DNA of 64,000 nt from Laetmonice hystrix (Eukaryota): contig OZ249447.1 of assembly GCA_965235115.1 (NCBI GenBank), positions 22,010,001-22,074,000 on the forward strand, given 5' to 3'. The translations under genes and the position numbers were made by a program. Shown here piece after piece: positions 12,201-24,866 of the stretch. The notes beneath the pieces are model-generated. The model was not told the origin of the DNA. It did not search any database and worked only from the letters and a program-made list of their open reading frames with translations. How positions within the stretch are numbered: the first letter of the stretch is position 1; every line of letters starts with the position of its first letter.

Positions 12201-13659
12201 TGATATACGACTAACTATACATCCTAGAAATAACCCCGAGAGCCAGGACGGATCCTGGGGTAAATGTTATGGGCCCCTTCCCATTTGATTAGAAATACCC
12301 CTGCCCTCTCTTGTCGGTGGTACTGGAGGGGAGATACTACCGACACACACAGTGACGGGCAGGGCGCGAACGAATCGGCATGTGTTTAGTTCCGGAGGTT
12401 GACACTAGTGGGCACTGCAGTAAAGGGACCGCTCGAGACCGTGTACATGCAGGACGCTGTCCTCTGATACTCCCAGAGGGAATCTTCTACAATCATGACG
12501 TGGAGATCACGTTTCATAGAATGAGATAAACTTTGATTTATCAAAACTTGGGAATTATAATGGATACGGTGCTGTAGAAGTACTATTACTGCCCAACTAT
12601 CGTACCTCATCACTTCAGTTTATGGATTTCTGTTATTGTGGCAAAGGGTGTCTGTAAACACACCCATTTATGCAAGAACTATTTAGCAGTTAGGGTCTAT
12701 TTTTGTCGGTGAGATGAAAAGGTTGTCTGAGTTACAGATAAGATAATAATGTGTACCTGGTCGTGTTCGCGTGCCATTGGTCACGCCTGTCATCAACACG
12801 AAGTTTGTGGTCAACCGCGAGCATCCAAAATGGTAAAAAAATGTTTTCTTTCACCACTGACCATTGAAGTTGAATGGGGCGAATGGTAGGTCCTTCTTAT
12901 CCCGCTCTGCCGTAGTTGTTTCGGCAGAGATAAAATTGTTGAAGGAGGTATTTTAAACCAAATTCATAAATATATTTACGTAGTGTTGTGCATTATCCGC
13001 CATTTCGGATAGAAAAACTTGTTCAAGAATCTATTCTCTTCCTGTGATAAAGTTGTATTAGCCTATCTTTCATTTAGACCCCTCTTTAGGTCTGGGATTG
13101 AAGTTAACAGACAAGTAGTGTGCTGACTTGAGACCTGTGTGGGGGTTCGGAAACCTGTCGGCAGACATGATATGTAGCACGTCATCTGGCAGTTCCTTAC
13201 TTCATAGTTTCAACTGGCTTGTTGTCTCGAACTTGCCTCTCAAAATACATAAAATTACAAAAATGGCATACTTTGCCTTTGGAGGTAGGCCTTCTGAAGA
13301 TTGACCTAGGAATTCCCGATACCCTGCTTACATTGACCAATCGATTCCCGTGACCAACTCTCAAAAAACCTTGGTGCGGAGGAAGACCAAGGCACAAGAA
13401 TGACCCTATAGCTCCTAATGTAACCGAGTCATGTCATTCTGTCCATACGAATAAAAGCCTTGTAGACAATGCTGTGGGTACATCTCGGCTGGTCTCTACG
13501 ACCTCGATCTGCGTCCATAGGCGTTATGAAAAGTGTGTAAAATTGTACTCAAGACTCACTCTTGATGGTCCTTACCCCACATATTTTATTATATTATAAT
13601 CTATTCCACTAGATCAAACGCATAATAAATTCAGTCAAATTTTCTATTCTATCTAAGCC

Positions 13660-13920
13660 CTGTGTGCTATCCAAGGCCGACCGTCCCGTTCTACTCGCAG
13701 GCGGCCACTCCTCGCAAACGTCCTACATCCCGACTCCCTGACGGTGCCCATTCAAGCCCCGAGTCCGGCGCGCGCCACTCACAGCCCGCCTGTCTGCCAG
13801 AATCGTCTGCCAACGGAGTGGTGAACGCGGCGCCCGTGCGGAGATCGTTTACTGTCGGCGGCTAACTTCACTGACCGCAGCAGACCCATGTGCGCTGTGG
13901 GAAGAGCGAGTCACCATGCT
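13660..13920 (+). promoter_or_regulatory. CpG-rich candidate promoter/5' region of the PDZRN gene
   Basis: GC- and CpG-rich patch (e.g. ccggcgcgcgcc) 370-630 bp upstream of the ATG. Confidence 0.4.
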
Positions 13921-14291
13921 TAAAAGTGGATAACGCCAATGGACCATTTCGTCCTTGGTCTGGATGCTGAAGAAGTTCTCAAACTTGGGTGAAGTCAGTG
14001 GATGCTACCTTAGACGGGCCGGTCACGGTGGCCGTGAGATACCGGTGAATGGAGTTTGTCAGGGATTATTAACGCGAGGATACACGTGATTGGATATACG
14101 TTTTATCACAGTGGAGTACTACTTACTATAGAGTGGATGTTCACGTGGTGGTACGGGCGAAAGCCTGCCATCACCAGTTGTATTTCAGTTAAAGTTCATT
14201 ATTAGTTTTTTCAGAACCGTGGATGGACCATCTTCTGGTCTGAATCATTTGTTTGGCTTTGTTATAAAAGTGCACAAGACAGCGGTGCACA

Positions 14292-15008
14292 ATGGGCTTT
14301 GAGGAGGATCGTTTCGTTGGCTCGATAGACGCCGAGAGAAAGTGTGCGCTATGCCGCTGCGTGCTGGATAACCCGTTAGTTGCCCCGTGTGGACGGAGAT
14401 TTTGTTCTGGCTGTGTCCTGCCTCCCGTCGTCCAGTCTGGGAAATGTCCCCTGTCCGACTGCAGCACGTGCTCGCAGCTAACGCCCGGTGATCTTCACAA
14501 CATGCTGGATTTACGTACAACCATCCTCAACATGCAGGTCAAATGCGATTACGTTTCTCGCGGGTGCAAGGCGGTCGTGATCCTTGCCGACCTCGCCGGT
14601 CATGTGGCTGACTGTGAGCATCGGCCAGTCAAGTGTAGAAACCGGGGCTGTATTGAGGTTCATGACCGGCGCGACTTGGCCAAACATGAGGCAGAAACCT
14701 GCGAGTACCGACCAGTCGGGACCTGCCAGCAAGGATGTGGCCTCGTGCTTGTCTACAAGGAAGCTTCAGGCCATAAGTGTCTTGAGGCTCTCAAATCCCA
14801 TATTGCTAACCAAGAGCTAGGCATCACCGGCATGGAGTCAGAGATGAAGCGACTGGCCTCTAAATTTAGCAAGCGTGAGAAGTCGCTCTTGGCTCAAGTG
14901 GCCAGCTTGCACTCTGAAATTCAGATGCAAGCTCTTCGCTTCCAGAAGAAACTCAACGATTATCGCTCCAAAATTGCTTACGTGTCTAAGAAAGCTGCCC
15001 AGACTAAG
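14292..15008 (+). CDS. PDZRN3: PDZRN3/PDZRN4 (LNX3/4)-family protein, exon 1: RING-like domain, TRAF/SIAH-type Zn fingers, coiled coil
   Basis: MGFEEDRFVGSIDAERKCALCRCVLDNPLVAPCG..FCSGCVLP, RPVGTCQQGCGL and KREKSLLAQVA...EIQMQALRFQKK align residue for residue with the recalled PDZRN3 N-terminus (MGFELDRF..KCALC..RPVGRCQEGCGL..KREKSLVAQL..ELQMTALRYQKK). Phase-0 donor AAG|GTAGGT at 15009. The track ORF to 15056 is intron read-through. Probably co-orthologous to PDZRN3 and PDZRN4. Confidence 0.95.
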
Positions 15009-15284
15009 GTAGGTACCCTCCCGATGAAAAGAGAAAGTGGGGGAAAGTTACGATAAAGAACTGAATTCCCTGCAATAAAAAAAGAAAGTAATATAATGTT
15101 GCGCCAAACATTAAATGACATTATATAATATTTGGTTTTGAGGTGATCGTAACGGAATCTACCTCAATGATCTCAAGTATAGACCGTGGTACTCCAACCA
15201 CTCAGAGGATATCGGAGGATATCGGATTAGACCTTGAACAGAGAATAATCCCTCACACAAGTAGTCTGTCTGGAGAACATGAGG

Positions 15285-16369
15285 GCAGCCTCCACCCCAG
15301 TACCCAGTCTCCCCAGTGTCTGTGGGCCCAGTGTGTGCAGCCTCCACCCCAGTACCCTGGACATTCAGTCTCTCCAGTGTCTGTGTGCCCAGTGTGTGCA
15401 GCCTCCACCCAATACCCTGGACATTCAGTCTCTCCAGTGTCTGTGTGCCCAGTGTGTGCAGCCTCCACCCAATACCCTGGACATTCAGTCTCTCCAGTGT
15501 CTGTGTGCCCAGTGTGTGCAGACTCCACCCAATACCCTGGACATTCAGTCTCTCCAGTGTCTGTGAGCCCAGTGTGGGCAGACTCCACCCCAGTATCCTG
15601 GACATTCAGTCTCTACAGTGTCTGTGAGCCCAGTGTGTGCAGACTCCACCCCAGTACCCTGGACATTCAGTCTCTCCAGTGTCTGTGTGCCCAGTGTGTG
15701 CAGACTCCACCCCAGTACCCTGGACATTCAGTCTCTCCAGTGTCTGTGTGCCCAGTGTGGGCAGACTCCACCCCAGTACCCTGGACATTCAGTCTCTCCA
15801 GTGTCTGTGTGCCCAGTGTGTGCAGACTCCACCCCAGTATCCTGGACATTCAGTCTCTACAGTGTCTGTGTGCCCAGTGTGTGCAGACTCCACCCCAGTA
15901 CCCTGGACATTCAGTCTCTCCAGTGTCTGTGGGCCCAGTGTGTGCAGACTCCACCCCAGTACCCTGGACATTCAGTCTCTCCAGTGTCTGTGGGCCCAGT
16001 GTGTGCAGACTCCACCCCAGAACCCTGGACACTCAGTCTCTCCAGTGTCTGTGGGCCCAGTGTGTGCAGACTCCACCCCAGTACCCTGAACACTCAGTCT
16101 CTCCAGTGTCTGTGTGCCCAGTGTGTGCAGACTCCACCCCAGTACCCTGAACACTCAGTCTCTCCAGTGTCTGTGGGCCCAGTGTGTGCAGACTCCACCC
16201 CAGTACCCTGGACATTCAGTCTCTCCAGTGTCTGTGGGCCCAGTGTGTGCAGACTCCACCCCAGTACCCTGAACACTCAGTCTCTCCAGTGTCTGTGGGC
16301 CCAGTGTGTGCAGACTCCACCCCAGTACCCTGGACATTCAGTGTCTGTGTGCCCAGTGTGTGCAGACTC
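15285..16369. repeat. 61-bp minisatellite, ~18 copies, in PDZRN intron 1
   Basis: Unit ccagtaccctggacattcagtctctccagtgtctgtgggcccagtgtgtgcagactccacc. It explains the many 60-aa ORFs spaced 61 bp apart in the track. Confidence 0.97.
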
Positions 16370-19300
16370 AGCCTCAGATAACAGGGGAAACACAGTCTTG
16401 GGCGGGATGAGATAGGAGCGGCCAAGGTCCTACAAACACAGATAACACATTCCCGCCTAGCCTGCATGTATGGACCACATAGACGAATTCTCAGCCCAGG
16501 AGAAAGGAAAGTGACCGCTCAGATATTTGCCTACGAGAATGAAGGTGTCAGATTGGTTTTCCTTATGGTCGTATCTAGCTAGTTTTTACCGAACCGTCCA
16601 CCCAACATCAGAGAGCATAGTTAAGTCTCGCAAGCTGATTCTCATTTATTCTGACCTATAGCCCTGCTACTGGGCAGACCGATGTTTGGAGCGGGGATAT
16701 ACCGTTGACCAACGCCATATTATACATTTGAGGTTAGAAATGGCAGTGTTTTAGGTAGAGTTTAAAACCCCGCTTCACCAACCACAGTTCCACATGTTTT
16801 CTGTGTTAATCTTCGAGCCAGTTCATGTCAGTTCATACAAGGAATGCGACTATTTTTGTATGTCGTTCACCTTTTTTTATATACTGTAAGCTATCATTGG
16901 CAAAACCACAGTATAGATGCCTGGGGGCGTCCCTAGGGTGTAGAATGTGGGATGAAGGGTGGTTACTCCCTCTATTGTCTCCTGGAGAACGGAGCCAGTG
17001 GGACATGTCATTTGGTCTTCTCCAGTTTTCCCCAGGACCTGAGTGTAGCCTTCCCTCCAGTGGACCCCCTCCAGTACCAGTGAACACTTAGCCAGCATAC
17101 ATAGCGCAAACTGAAGTAAGACTTAAAGAACTCAGGGATAATTCCCTGCATCACTGAGACCTGTTTCCCATCACATTGATAAGACTTGTATGTTCTTAAA
17201 GTAAAGAAGACAAGTTGACTTGGCTTGCCCACAGCTGAGGGACATCACTGCCTGAAGTAGGCATCCCTTCCACTTGCCCTCCTTATTTTCTCCACATGCC
17301 CCGCACTAGGCGAGCCCTCAGATGTATCAGTATAGATTAAAGGCCGAAGCTCCATAAATTGTGGGACCTGGATATAAAGAGGTGGACTGACGGCTTTGCT
17401 TGCCGAGATGCACGGGTTAGACGCTGACAGCAGCGGGTTTCATGACTGGATTACGGTCAGATGAGACGAGGTGGCTATGTTGGGAGATGCGGCTTGGCAG
17501 AACTTTGCCGGATTCATCCTCGCTTGCCTGTCAATTGGCAGAGTTACAGACACTCTATATTAAAGTGGTTGCATATCAATTACCATTGTCAGACTCAAAC
17601 TAAAATTACACTGCACTTATACTATTTTAGAAGTTGCTCACGGATAGCCTATAAGACCTGATGAGGTCAGGATGTTTCAGTGTATTTAGTAAAACAAAAC
17701 ATCTGATATATGCGTGCTGGCTAAGGAAGGCACGGACCGCCACGTGTCAGCCACATGGCATGTCCTCAGTCATGATGATACATCATATATTTCGGGAACA
17801 CATTTAATACAGCTGCAAATTGTGTCGACAGTCGCCAATCTACACAATGATGTATGACTAACAGAGAGTCTGGGGACTGGAGACATTCTGAGAGACCACA
17901 GTAAATCTTCTACTGGACACGAAGCCAGGCCCTGAACGGCAGTGACGATAAGTTTTAGCTTGTGCCAGTTAACCATTTTTTTTGTTCATTATAATACAAA
18001 GCGGGTGGTCAAAATGTCTTATGTGTCTTTAAAGAGACCCATTGGAAAGAAAATCGGCATTTGGTACTTTTCAGTATTGTTTTCACAATCTGGCGCTTTA
18101 AATATCTTATATAATCGTTATAAAAGAGATTGAAAAGTATTAACTCTCTCATTTTAGTATAAGAAAGGTATGCAGGCATATTCACCCTCGTTATAGGACA
18201 AAAACCGGGGTTTTTATTATTTAGAAGATCAGATACTTTATCTCACGTTCAGAGCTTGGAGTGACCTGATGTCTTTTGGAAAGGCAGTCTAAAAGTGAAG
18301 TTTGGTGGTGTCAAGTGATTACTAGAGGAGGAATATCTGATTGGTTTCTGGGTGTCCCCGTGGGCAAACCTCTGCTAAGTGGCGTGGTGTTCATAAAGGT
18401 CATAACTGAGGTCTCTACACCAATTAATCATCACGTAGAAGGGAGGTGTCCAGGGCAACACCCTGGTGAACTGTCTAGAAAGGAAGTGCTGGCCTGAGGG
18501 GAGGTCTCGATTATGGGTGAAAACGAGGTTAGAAATTCACAACTTAAAGGAGGGGAAAGCTATTTTGATGTAGAAAAAGAGAGAAAGTAGTTAAGGGCAG
18601 CAGTAATGTTGAACGTTATGGGCAGTGATAAATGTGGGAGTTTTCTGGCGGCTGCATGTCGTAAAGAGGGATGGAGAAAGTCGGATGAGTTTTAATGTTT
18701 ATTTGATGGATCCGGTCCTGTATGGGAGCTCATAACACGGTAGGAAACCTCTGACCTCGCAGCCATCCACGGCTGGGAGAATTCTCCAGGTATCCTCACT
18801 GTATAGACGTCCTTACATTGTTACCGAGCAGTCGGGAGGATAGGTCGTAGGGGGTTCGTCTGTTTCTAACCCTCCAGGGTGAATGGAGTGCGGCATTGTA
18901 ATGTATATGACTTGGGTGATAAAAACTGATCACTTAATGAGTGTTTCACCCTGATGTGTAACTATGGGAACCTACATATTAAACCGACCCAGACGTCCCT
19001 GGAGAACGTCTGTTGTTGTAGAACAGGAGATAACGGATTGTAAAACGTCCTCCTGGGTCTATATGCTGTCCCAGCGGAGGGAATTCGTTTTGTCTCAGAT
19101 CAAGTTGGCTACAACTGCGTCATGGGACCCGACGGTGCAGACCGAATGTGGAGTTCTCCCTAGAGCTTTTCACGGGCTCTATGTAGATAATGCTGATGGA
19201 TAGAAGAGTCGCGGTTCTCAGACTAATTGTAGCCTGCCAGTCTTGTCGAAGGTCTTGGGTAGTATACGTCGTGATCAGGGTCGACGCACCTGCCGTACCC

Positions 19301-20789
19301 TGTACCCAGACCACCTCGTACGGTACCCAAATCAGGGGTGGATCCCGAACGGGCAGTAAAACGGAGCGATCTGCCACTGCAGAGGGAGAATGGACAGGGG
19401 GCAGAGTCAGCCATTCATGGAATGTCTAATAAAGATTTAGTCGGAGGGTTATTGGGTTCGTGTGCTCCTAGTAAATTACCTGTATCCAAACGGATATATC
19501 CTCTATAACTGTATGCCTTCCAAGGAGGTGGAGTCAACGGATTTTGGATGGGAGTGTAGCTTAGGGGAACGATTTCAAGAACAAGAAAACGGCCAGAAAA
19601 TGTTTCTGAAAAATGGATCTATACAAGTCAAGAGGTGATTGATTTACAAGCGTGAGGGAGCAGTTGGTTAGACACAAGACAGGACAAGCCTTTTTTTAAA
19701 ATATAACCTGGTGGGACTTTCCAAAGAAATGGCTGACAAACAGCTATTTCCAGAGAAGTTTTTCTGACCGGCTTGGCAGACTCTGCAGGGGTTGACTGCG
19801 GCGTCTGTCTCAGCAGTCATCAGTACTCATCACAACTCACCGGCCACCTTTCTCTTCTCTCTGGCGACACAGATTTTATTGCACCTCCAGGAAGAGTGCA
19901 ATGAAACTTGACTACCTCATAATGCCATGGCTGTTAGGGTGTCTCAAATACTGCAGTGGTGCACTGCTTACACGCTCATTGAAAGCTAAACTTAGCTGTA
20001 ATAACAATTTATCTCTAAAAGTTATCTCTAAAAGGGAACTATTTATATTAGATTTTGAGCGGTCACGAGTTAATATGTTCATTATCACCAGTGTGATCAT
20101 ATTACAGAGCTATATCTGGATTTTTAATAGAGTTAGGCCTACTGGTCATGGCCAGCCATTAGCGTGCACCATATCATGCGTCTTTGTGACTCCGGCAGAT
20201 GCACTGTATGCATGAATTCGTGAAAGCATATTCTTAATAAAATGCTCCATCATATTTTTCAAGTACTGGCCACCAGTTCATTTGACAGACAGCAGACTCA
20301 GTCTGACAAGACAGTAGTGATAAATATTGAAATATGTGGGTGTGTATATATCTATGTCATTGAGATATTTCATTCATGGATGACCTGGTGTGATTTTGTC
20401 AGTGAACACAGACACAAACAAAGTGGCAGAATTCAGGTCAATAGTGACTGGGCTCTATTCACACTAACCCGTCAGCGGTGACCAAGGAGACTACCTGGTG
20501 CATCGCCTTCGGGGCTGTACACACTAGGCTGAGGTCAGTCGAACTTATCGGATTTAACGAGTGTGTAAAGTGAGCGAAGGGCCTGGAGTAGCTGGAAGCC
20601 ATTTTCTTGTCATGTTCAGGCTCCCAATGTTTTTTTTTTCATCTGTCATGGGGTGGAGTATGAAATGGGTGATTCCAACATGCTTTATCCTCACATTAAC
20701 CTTCATGTAATGATGGCATGTAAAGCGGGTCTTTGTAGAATTTTGCCCTCATATTTTCCATCCCACAGTATAGAGGTACGTAAGGATCG

Positions 20790-21000
20790 TTGGTACACGG
20801 TATATCGCCCATAACTTAAACCCCATGAAATTTGGTGGAAAGTAAAGATCCATGGCCCTGACCTTATCCCTAACCCCTAACCCCAGTCCCTACACCTCCC
20901 AAAAACATATCCCTATCCTATCCCTATCGTTGACCTTAACCCTAACCCCTGCCCAAACATTTCGTGGAAAGTTATCATGGGGGAAGAACCTTGGTACACT
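20790..21000. repeat. Interspersed-repeat fragment with CCCTAA-like tracts
   Basis: ccctaaccctaaccc and cttaaccctaacccc, plus a repeated atttggtggaaagt/atttcgtggaaagt motif. Resembles non-autonomous invertebrate elements; not a true telomeric array. Confidence 0.4.
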
Positions 21001-22017
21001 CTTTAGTCAATGATGTCATTTCAGTGCCATGAAAAATTTACACATTCATTTCTTCTGAATGACCTTATCATTCAGGATGGGACCCATTTCTCTTACTGCC
21101 TTGACGAATTCTCAGAGTAAGAAAACTACCTAAAGTGATTCAAGTGAAGTCAAGAAGTATTCCATTTTAAAAGACAAATAGCGACTCTAGGTTTTGTAGA
21201 AAATATGTCCAGTCCTTTTTTAACTTCACCTAGGTGTCTGTCAATTTGGAAATGTCAAAGTCCTGCGGGCAGTCGAGATCCATACATGGTGGTTCTCTAG
21301 GTACTGTTATTATAGGCTAATTAGCACAGATTATAATGGGGTCTAATGGCCGGCTGCTAAACTTAAATTGATCGTGGCAGTTTCAAGTTATAACACTTAG
21401 TATGCCACAAGGCTTTGCGGCATGCGTCGCCGAATGTAGCCACAAAGGTGTCGTGATATTCGATACCGAGTACTTGGTCCCAACACTTAATGACCATACA
21501 GTCACTCGGGTGACAGGATGGCAACGCTTTCAACACACTGGGCCCTCGTTCGCCTACGATTTATGCAGTCATTACAGATCTAACCGTGTTCATCTATAGT
21601 CCAGGCATCCCTGTAGGTTCTATAGAGGCAGCTGGATCGCTCCAACACAGGCAGCCCTTTTTCCGCTCCTCCTGGTCCTTTGGTGAAATTGCTGCACATG
21701 GAACTTGACTATCTTTAGTTTGGTTGATGTGCAGCACACGAGAAGGACCCACCAGAGCCTTAACAGATAAATCCCATGTGACTTTTTTTTCTTTCCACCG
21801 TTATTTATATAGTAGAGCCATTCAGCTGCTCGAAAAGGCGATATCCTGTGAGGTACTGTTTACAGTGTTGCTTTATCTACACAGATATCGGGTGTTTGAA
21901 TCTACCGTGTAATAGAAAAAATAAAGTCCGACGCTTAATGAAGTAATGTGTAATATGTGGACATTAATGAGAAGATAATGCCATTGTTTTAAATGTGGTT
22001 ATCCTTATTGTTTACAG

Positions 22018-22095
22018 GCTGAAGAGATAGAGGTCACGGTGGTTTTAGAGCGAGGGAAAGGCAGCCTTGGATTTAACATCATGGGAGGATATCTG
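22018..22095 (+). CDS. PDZRN3: PDZRN3/4 exon 2, start of PDZ1 (AEEIEVTVVLERGKGSLGFNIMGGYL)
   Basis: Acceptor ccttattgtttacag|, donor CTG|GTAAGT, 78 nt, phase 0/0. Contains the SLGF carboxylate-binding loop. Confidence 0.93.
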
Positions 22096-24102
22096 GTAAG
22101 TTCTTACTCTCATTGGTTTGTTCTTTTCAGCTTGATCTTTGGTAGGTAAATGGTTTCATTGCTGCATCTTTTGAAGACTTCAAATCATGGCAGAATGAGG
22201 TGTAGGTTTTAGCAGTTACATGTCATAAGCTACCTTGTCTATGAGCGTATTTGATTTCTGCCACTACCGAAAGGTTTAATCGTATCTCCGCTCCTGTTGG
22301 AGATTTCAGCAGTAACAGGCCCGTAATTTCCATCAAATTATTGAGCGGCTATTGAATTATTAGGCAACACTGAAAATATTGGGGGGAGGGGCTTAATCCC
22401 CCTAGCCCCCCCCCTTAATTGCGGCCCTAAGTAAGCAGTATATGAGGACATCGTGTTCAGTTAGACCCGAACGTAAACGGCCAGTCAATCCTAAAAAATC
22501 AGTCAAGCGAACAAAGAAACTATATGAATAGTGAACTTTGTTTAAAAAAAGTTTGAAGGAAATATAGTCATTGAGAAATTGAAGTGTCAATTTCCGTATT
22601 TGTTTGTGAATAGAATGTCAAGGTACGGAGATAGGGAATATTGAAGGGTGTAATGATCCTTATTCTAAACCGATCAAATAATCGATCATCAGTAAATGAA
22701 TCCGGCTATTTTCATGAATATCAATAGTTAAGTGATTTCAATATATTGATCAACGCAGCGCAGTCAGAGATGCAGTGAGCATGATAATGACAAGTTTTCA
22801 ATTATGCTGTTTTCGTGATTTTTGCCTGCAAATTTAAGCACGACTTCAGGTGAAGAGCTTCCATCTATTTTAGAAGGGAAGCTGAATATTCGCTCCTCCC
22901 ACGACAAAAATACACAGCCAGGCAGTCAGCAGGGATGTGTTGGAGTGATAGAAGGCAAAATGTAAGGGTTTTTTTTAAATCGGTGTGAATGCAGTGGTTT
23001 TCAGGTGACTGAATGGGCACTATGAGGTGCTACGCTCAGACATTTGACGGGCGGTACTTTGATCCTTGCACCTGCCGTGATAATGGCACTGCTGTGAAAA
23101 AGGACACCAGTGTGGAGGGTTGGAGGTGGGAGGAGGGGGGTAGTGAATGGGGGCTCTACCCTCAGCAAGCACTGGCTGGACTGGCCGTCTGCATGCAGGA
23201 CTGGTTGTGACAGGCATAAAGCCTGTTTATTTCTACCCCCTTTTGAATCTCAGCCGTAACTCTCCAGCAGGGTTCTAAGACCGCTCCATACTAAAGTGCT
23301 GGTTGTAAAAGAATCAATGACAGCATCTATATGGAACATTGCAAGCGTGGCATATAATTTAGACGCAGGCCTTCATGGGTACCTACCTGTTTTAGTAACA
23401 AGTGTGCTATAAATTCCGGTGTGCTAGTTTAATAGAACTTTTTTGTTACCTTTGAAATAATAATTTCATCTTCTTTGAATGGAAATAGTTCTGGACAAAG
23501 AGAAAGCTGTTAAAAGTTGTAAAATACTGGGAGAAGATCACATGAGTAATGATACTAGTATCTACTGTTGTAACTCCACTACATGAAGGCAGTGTTATCA
23601 TGGACCGTGAATCAGGATCTACACTTGACACTGGCGTCCAGATCCTAGCACCAGAGGATGAACGGATCCCAAACTGATGCTCTCCTGAAAGCTGCTTTGT
23701 TATCTGCTGTGTGCTTACTCAGCCCGTCGAGGACCTATTAGGGCCAGTCGGGGCCGCAGTGAAGAGGGCTCAGACCACTTGGACCTCAAGGAGACCGAGC
23801 CCAAGAGGGCAGACAATCGAGGTAGCAGATCCCACTCTGCCAGTGGCGCAACGATAATTTACCGTCATTCTATTTGTTTATCCCTGAATCCGTCGGAAAC
23901 AGGGGATTCGGTGACGGGTGACTTTTGACACCAAAAGATCAACTAATCAGAAGTCGACAAACAGTTTGATGCTGCAGCTTTTTGCTTCGTGCTAGGTATA
24001 GGGGTCGGGATGGACATGCCGTGGGGAAACTTGGATTGAAACTTAAATTGTGAAAAAAATCCTGAGATAACACTTCACAGAATTTGGTGAAAACGCAGTA
24101 GA

Positions 24103-24866
24103 TATATCGGGTGGATAAAAAAAAACGCCCCGAACTTTAAACTTCAATATCTCAAAAAGTAATAATTGTAATTCAATGAAATTTTTCTTAATATCACTTC
24201 ATGATGTTGTCTCTTAGTTGTTAATGTTACAACTCAATAGCTTGGATAATCTTTCCGTGGCGCTAAAAACAAAAATCATTGTACAAAAGCGCAATGCCGG
24301 CCTAAAGCGAGTTGTAGTCGCACCCAGAGTCCCTGGCCTCACACTAGAGTAGGTATCAATCGGTCCCCCGTTTTCACTTCATACTGCTTTCAGTCTCTTT
24401 TTCCATGAGCCAATGCACTTCATGATCTCTGATAGGGAAATATCTTCGCAACATTGGAAAATACGCAACGTTCTGAACGTGTTTCTAAACGTGATAATGA
24501 TACGATTTCCCTTGAACTTCTGGTTACCGTCATATCGTCCTACTGTTGCAGTTTCTCTGTAGGGTTTGACACAGTAAACATCTGGTTTTCTCTAGAAGTA
24601 CTATTAATAGCACATAATTTATTATATCCAGTTGTCCACAACATCATACATATTGTAAAACATGCAAAAACTAAATATTGAAACATTTTTTACCCAAGGT
24701 ACAATGCCGTGCATCAAACAGGTGTCAAATTGGACACCTGGCAAATGCATGATATTTGACCTAATTCCGGCATTGCGATTTTAGACAATGATTTTTGGTT
24801 TTACCAATAGTTTTTGTAATATTAAAGTTCGAAGTTCGGGGCGTTTTTTTTTATCCACCCGATATA
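24103..24866 (-). mobile_element. Internally deleted Tc1/mariner-superfamily transposon
   Basis: Perfect 35-bp inverted repeats, 24103..24137 and 24832..24866 (tatatcgggtggataaaaaaaaacgccccgaactt), with TA at the ends. A minus-strand remnant at ~24350..24470, EDISLSEIMKCIGSWKKRLKAV*SENGGPID, matches the typical transposase C-terminus. Confidence 0.8.

Noticed and set aside
15009-15056. C-terminal VGTLPMKRESGGKLR* of the track ORF
   Set aside because: Lies beyond a good donor whose phase matches exon 2; intron read-through.
15143-16415. 335-, 265- and 150-aa ORFs and the many 60-aa ORFs
   Set aside because: Translations of the 61-bp tandem repeat; no independent coding signal.
18260-19440. 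Possible LINE RNase H/Zn-knuckle relic
   Set aside because: Similarity too fragmentary to support without a search.
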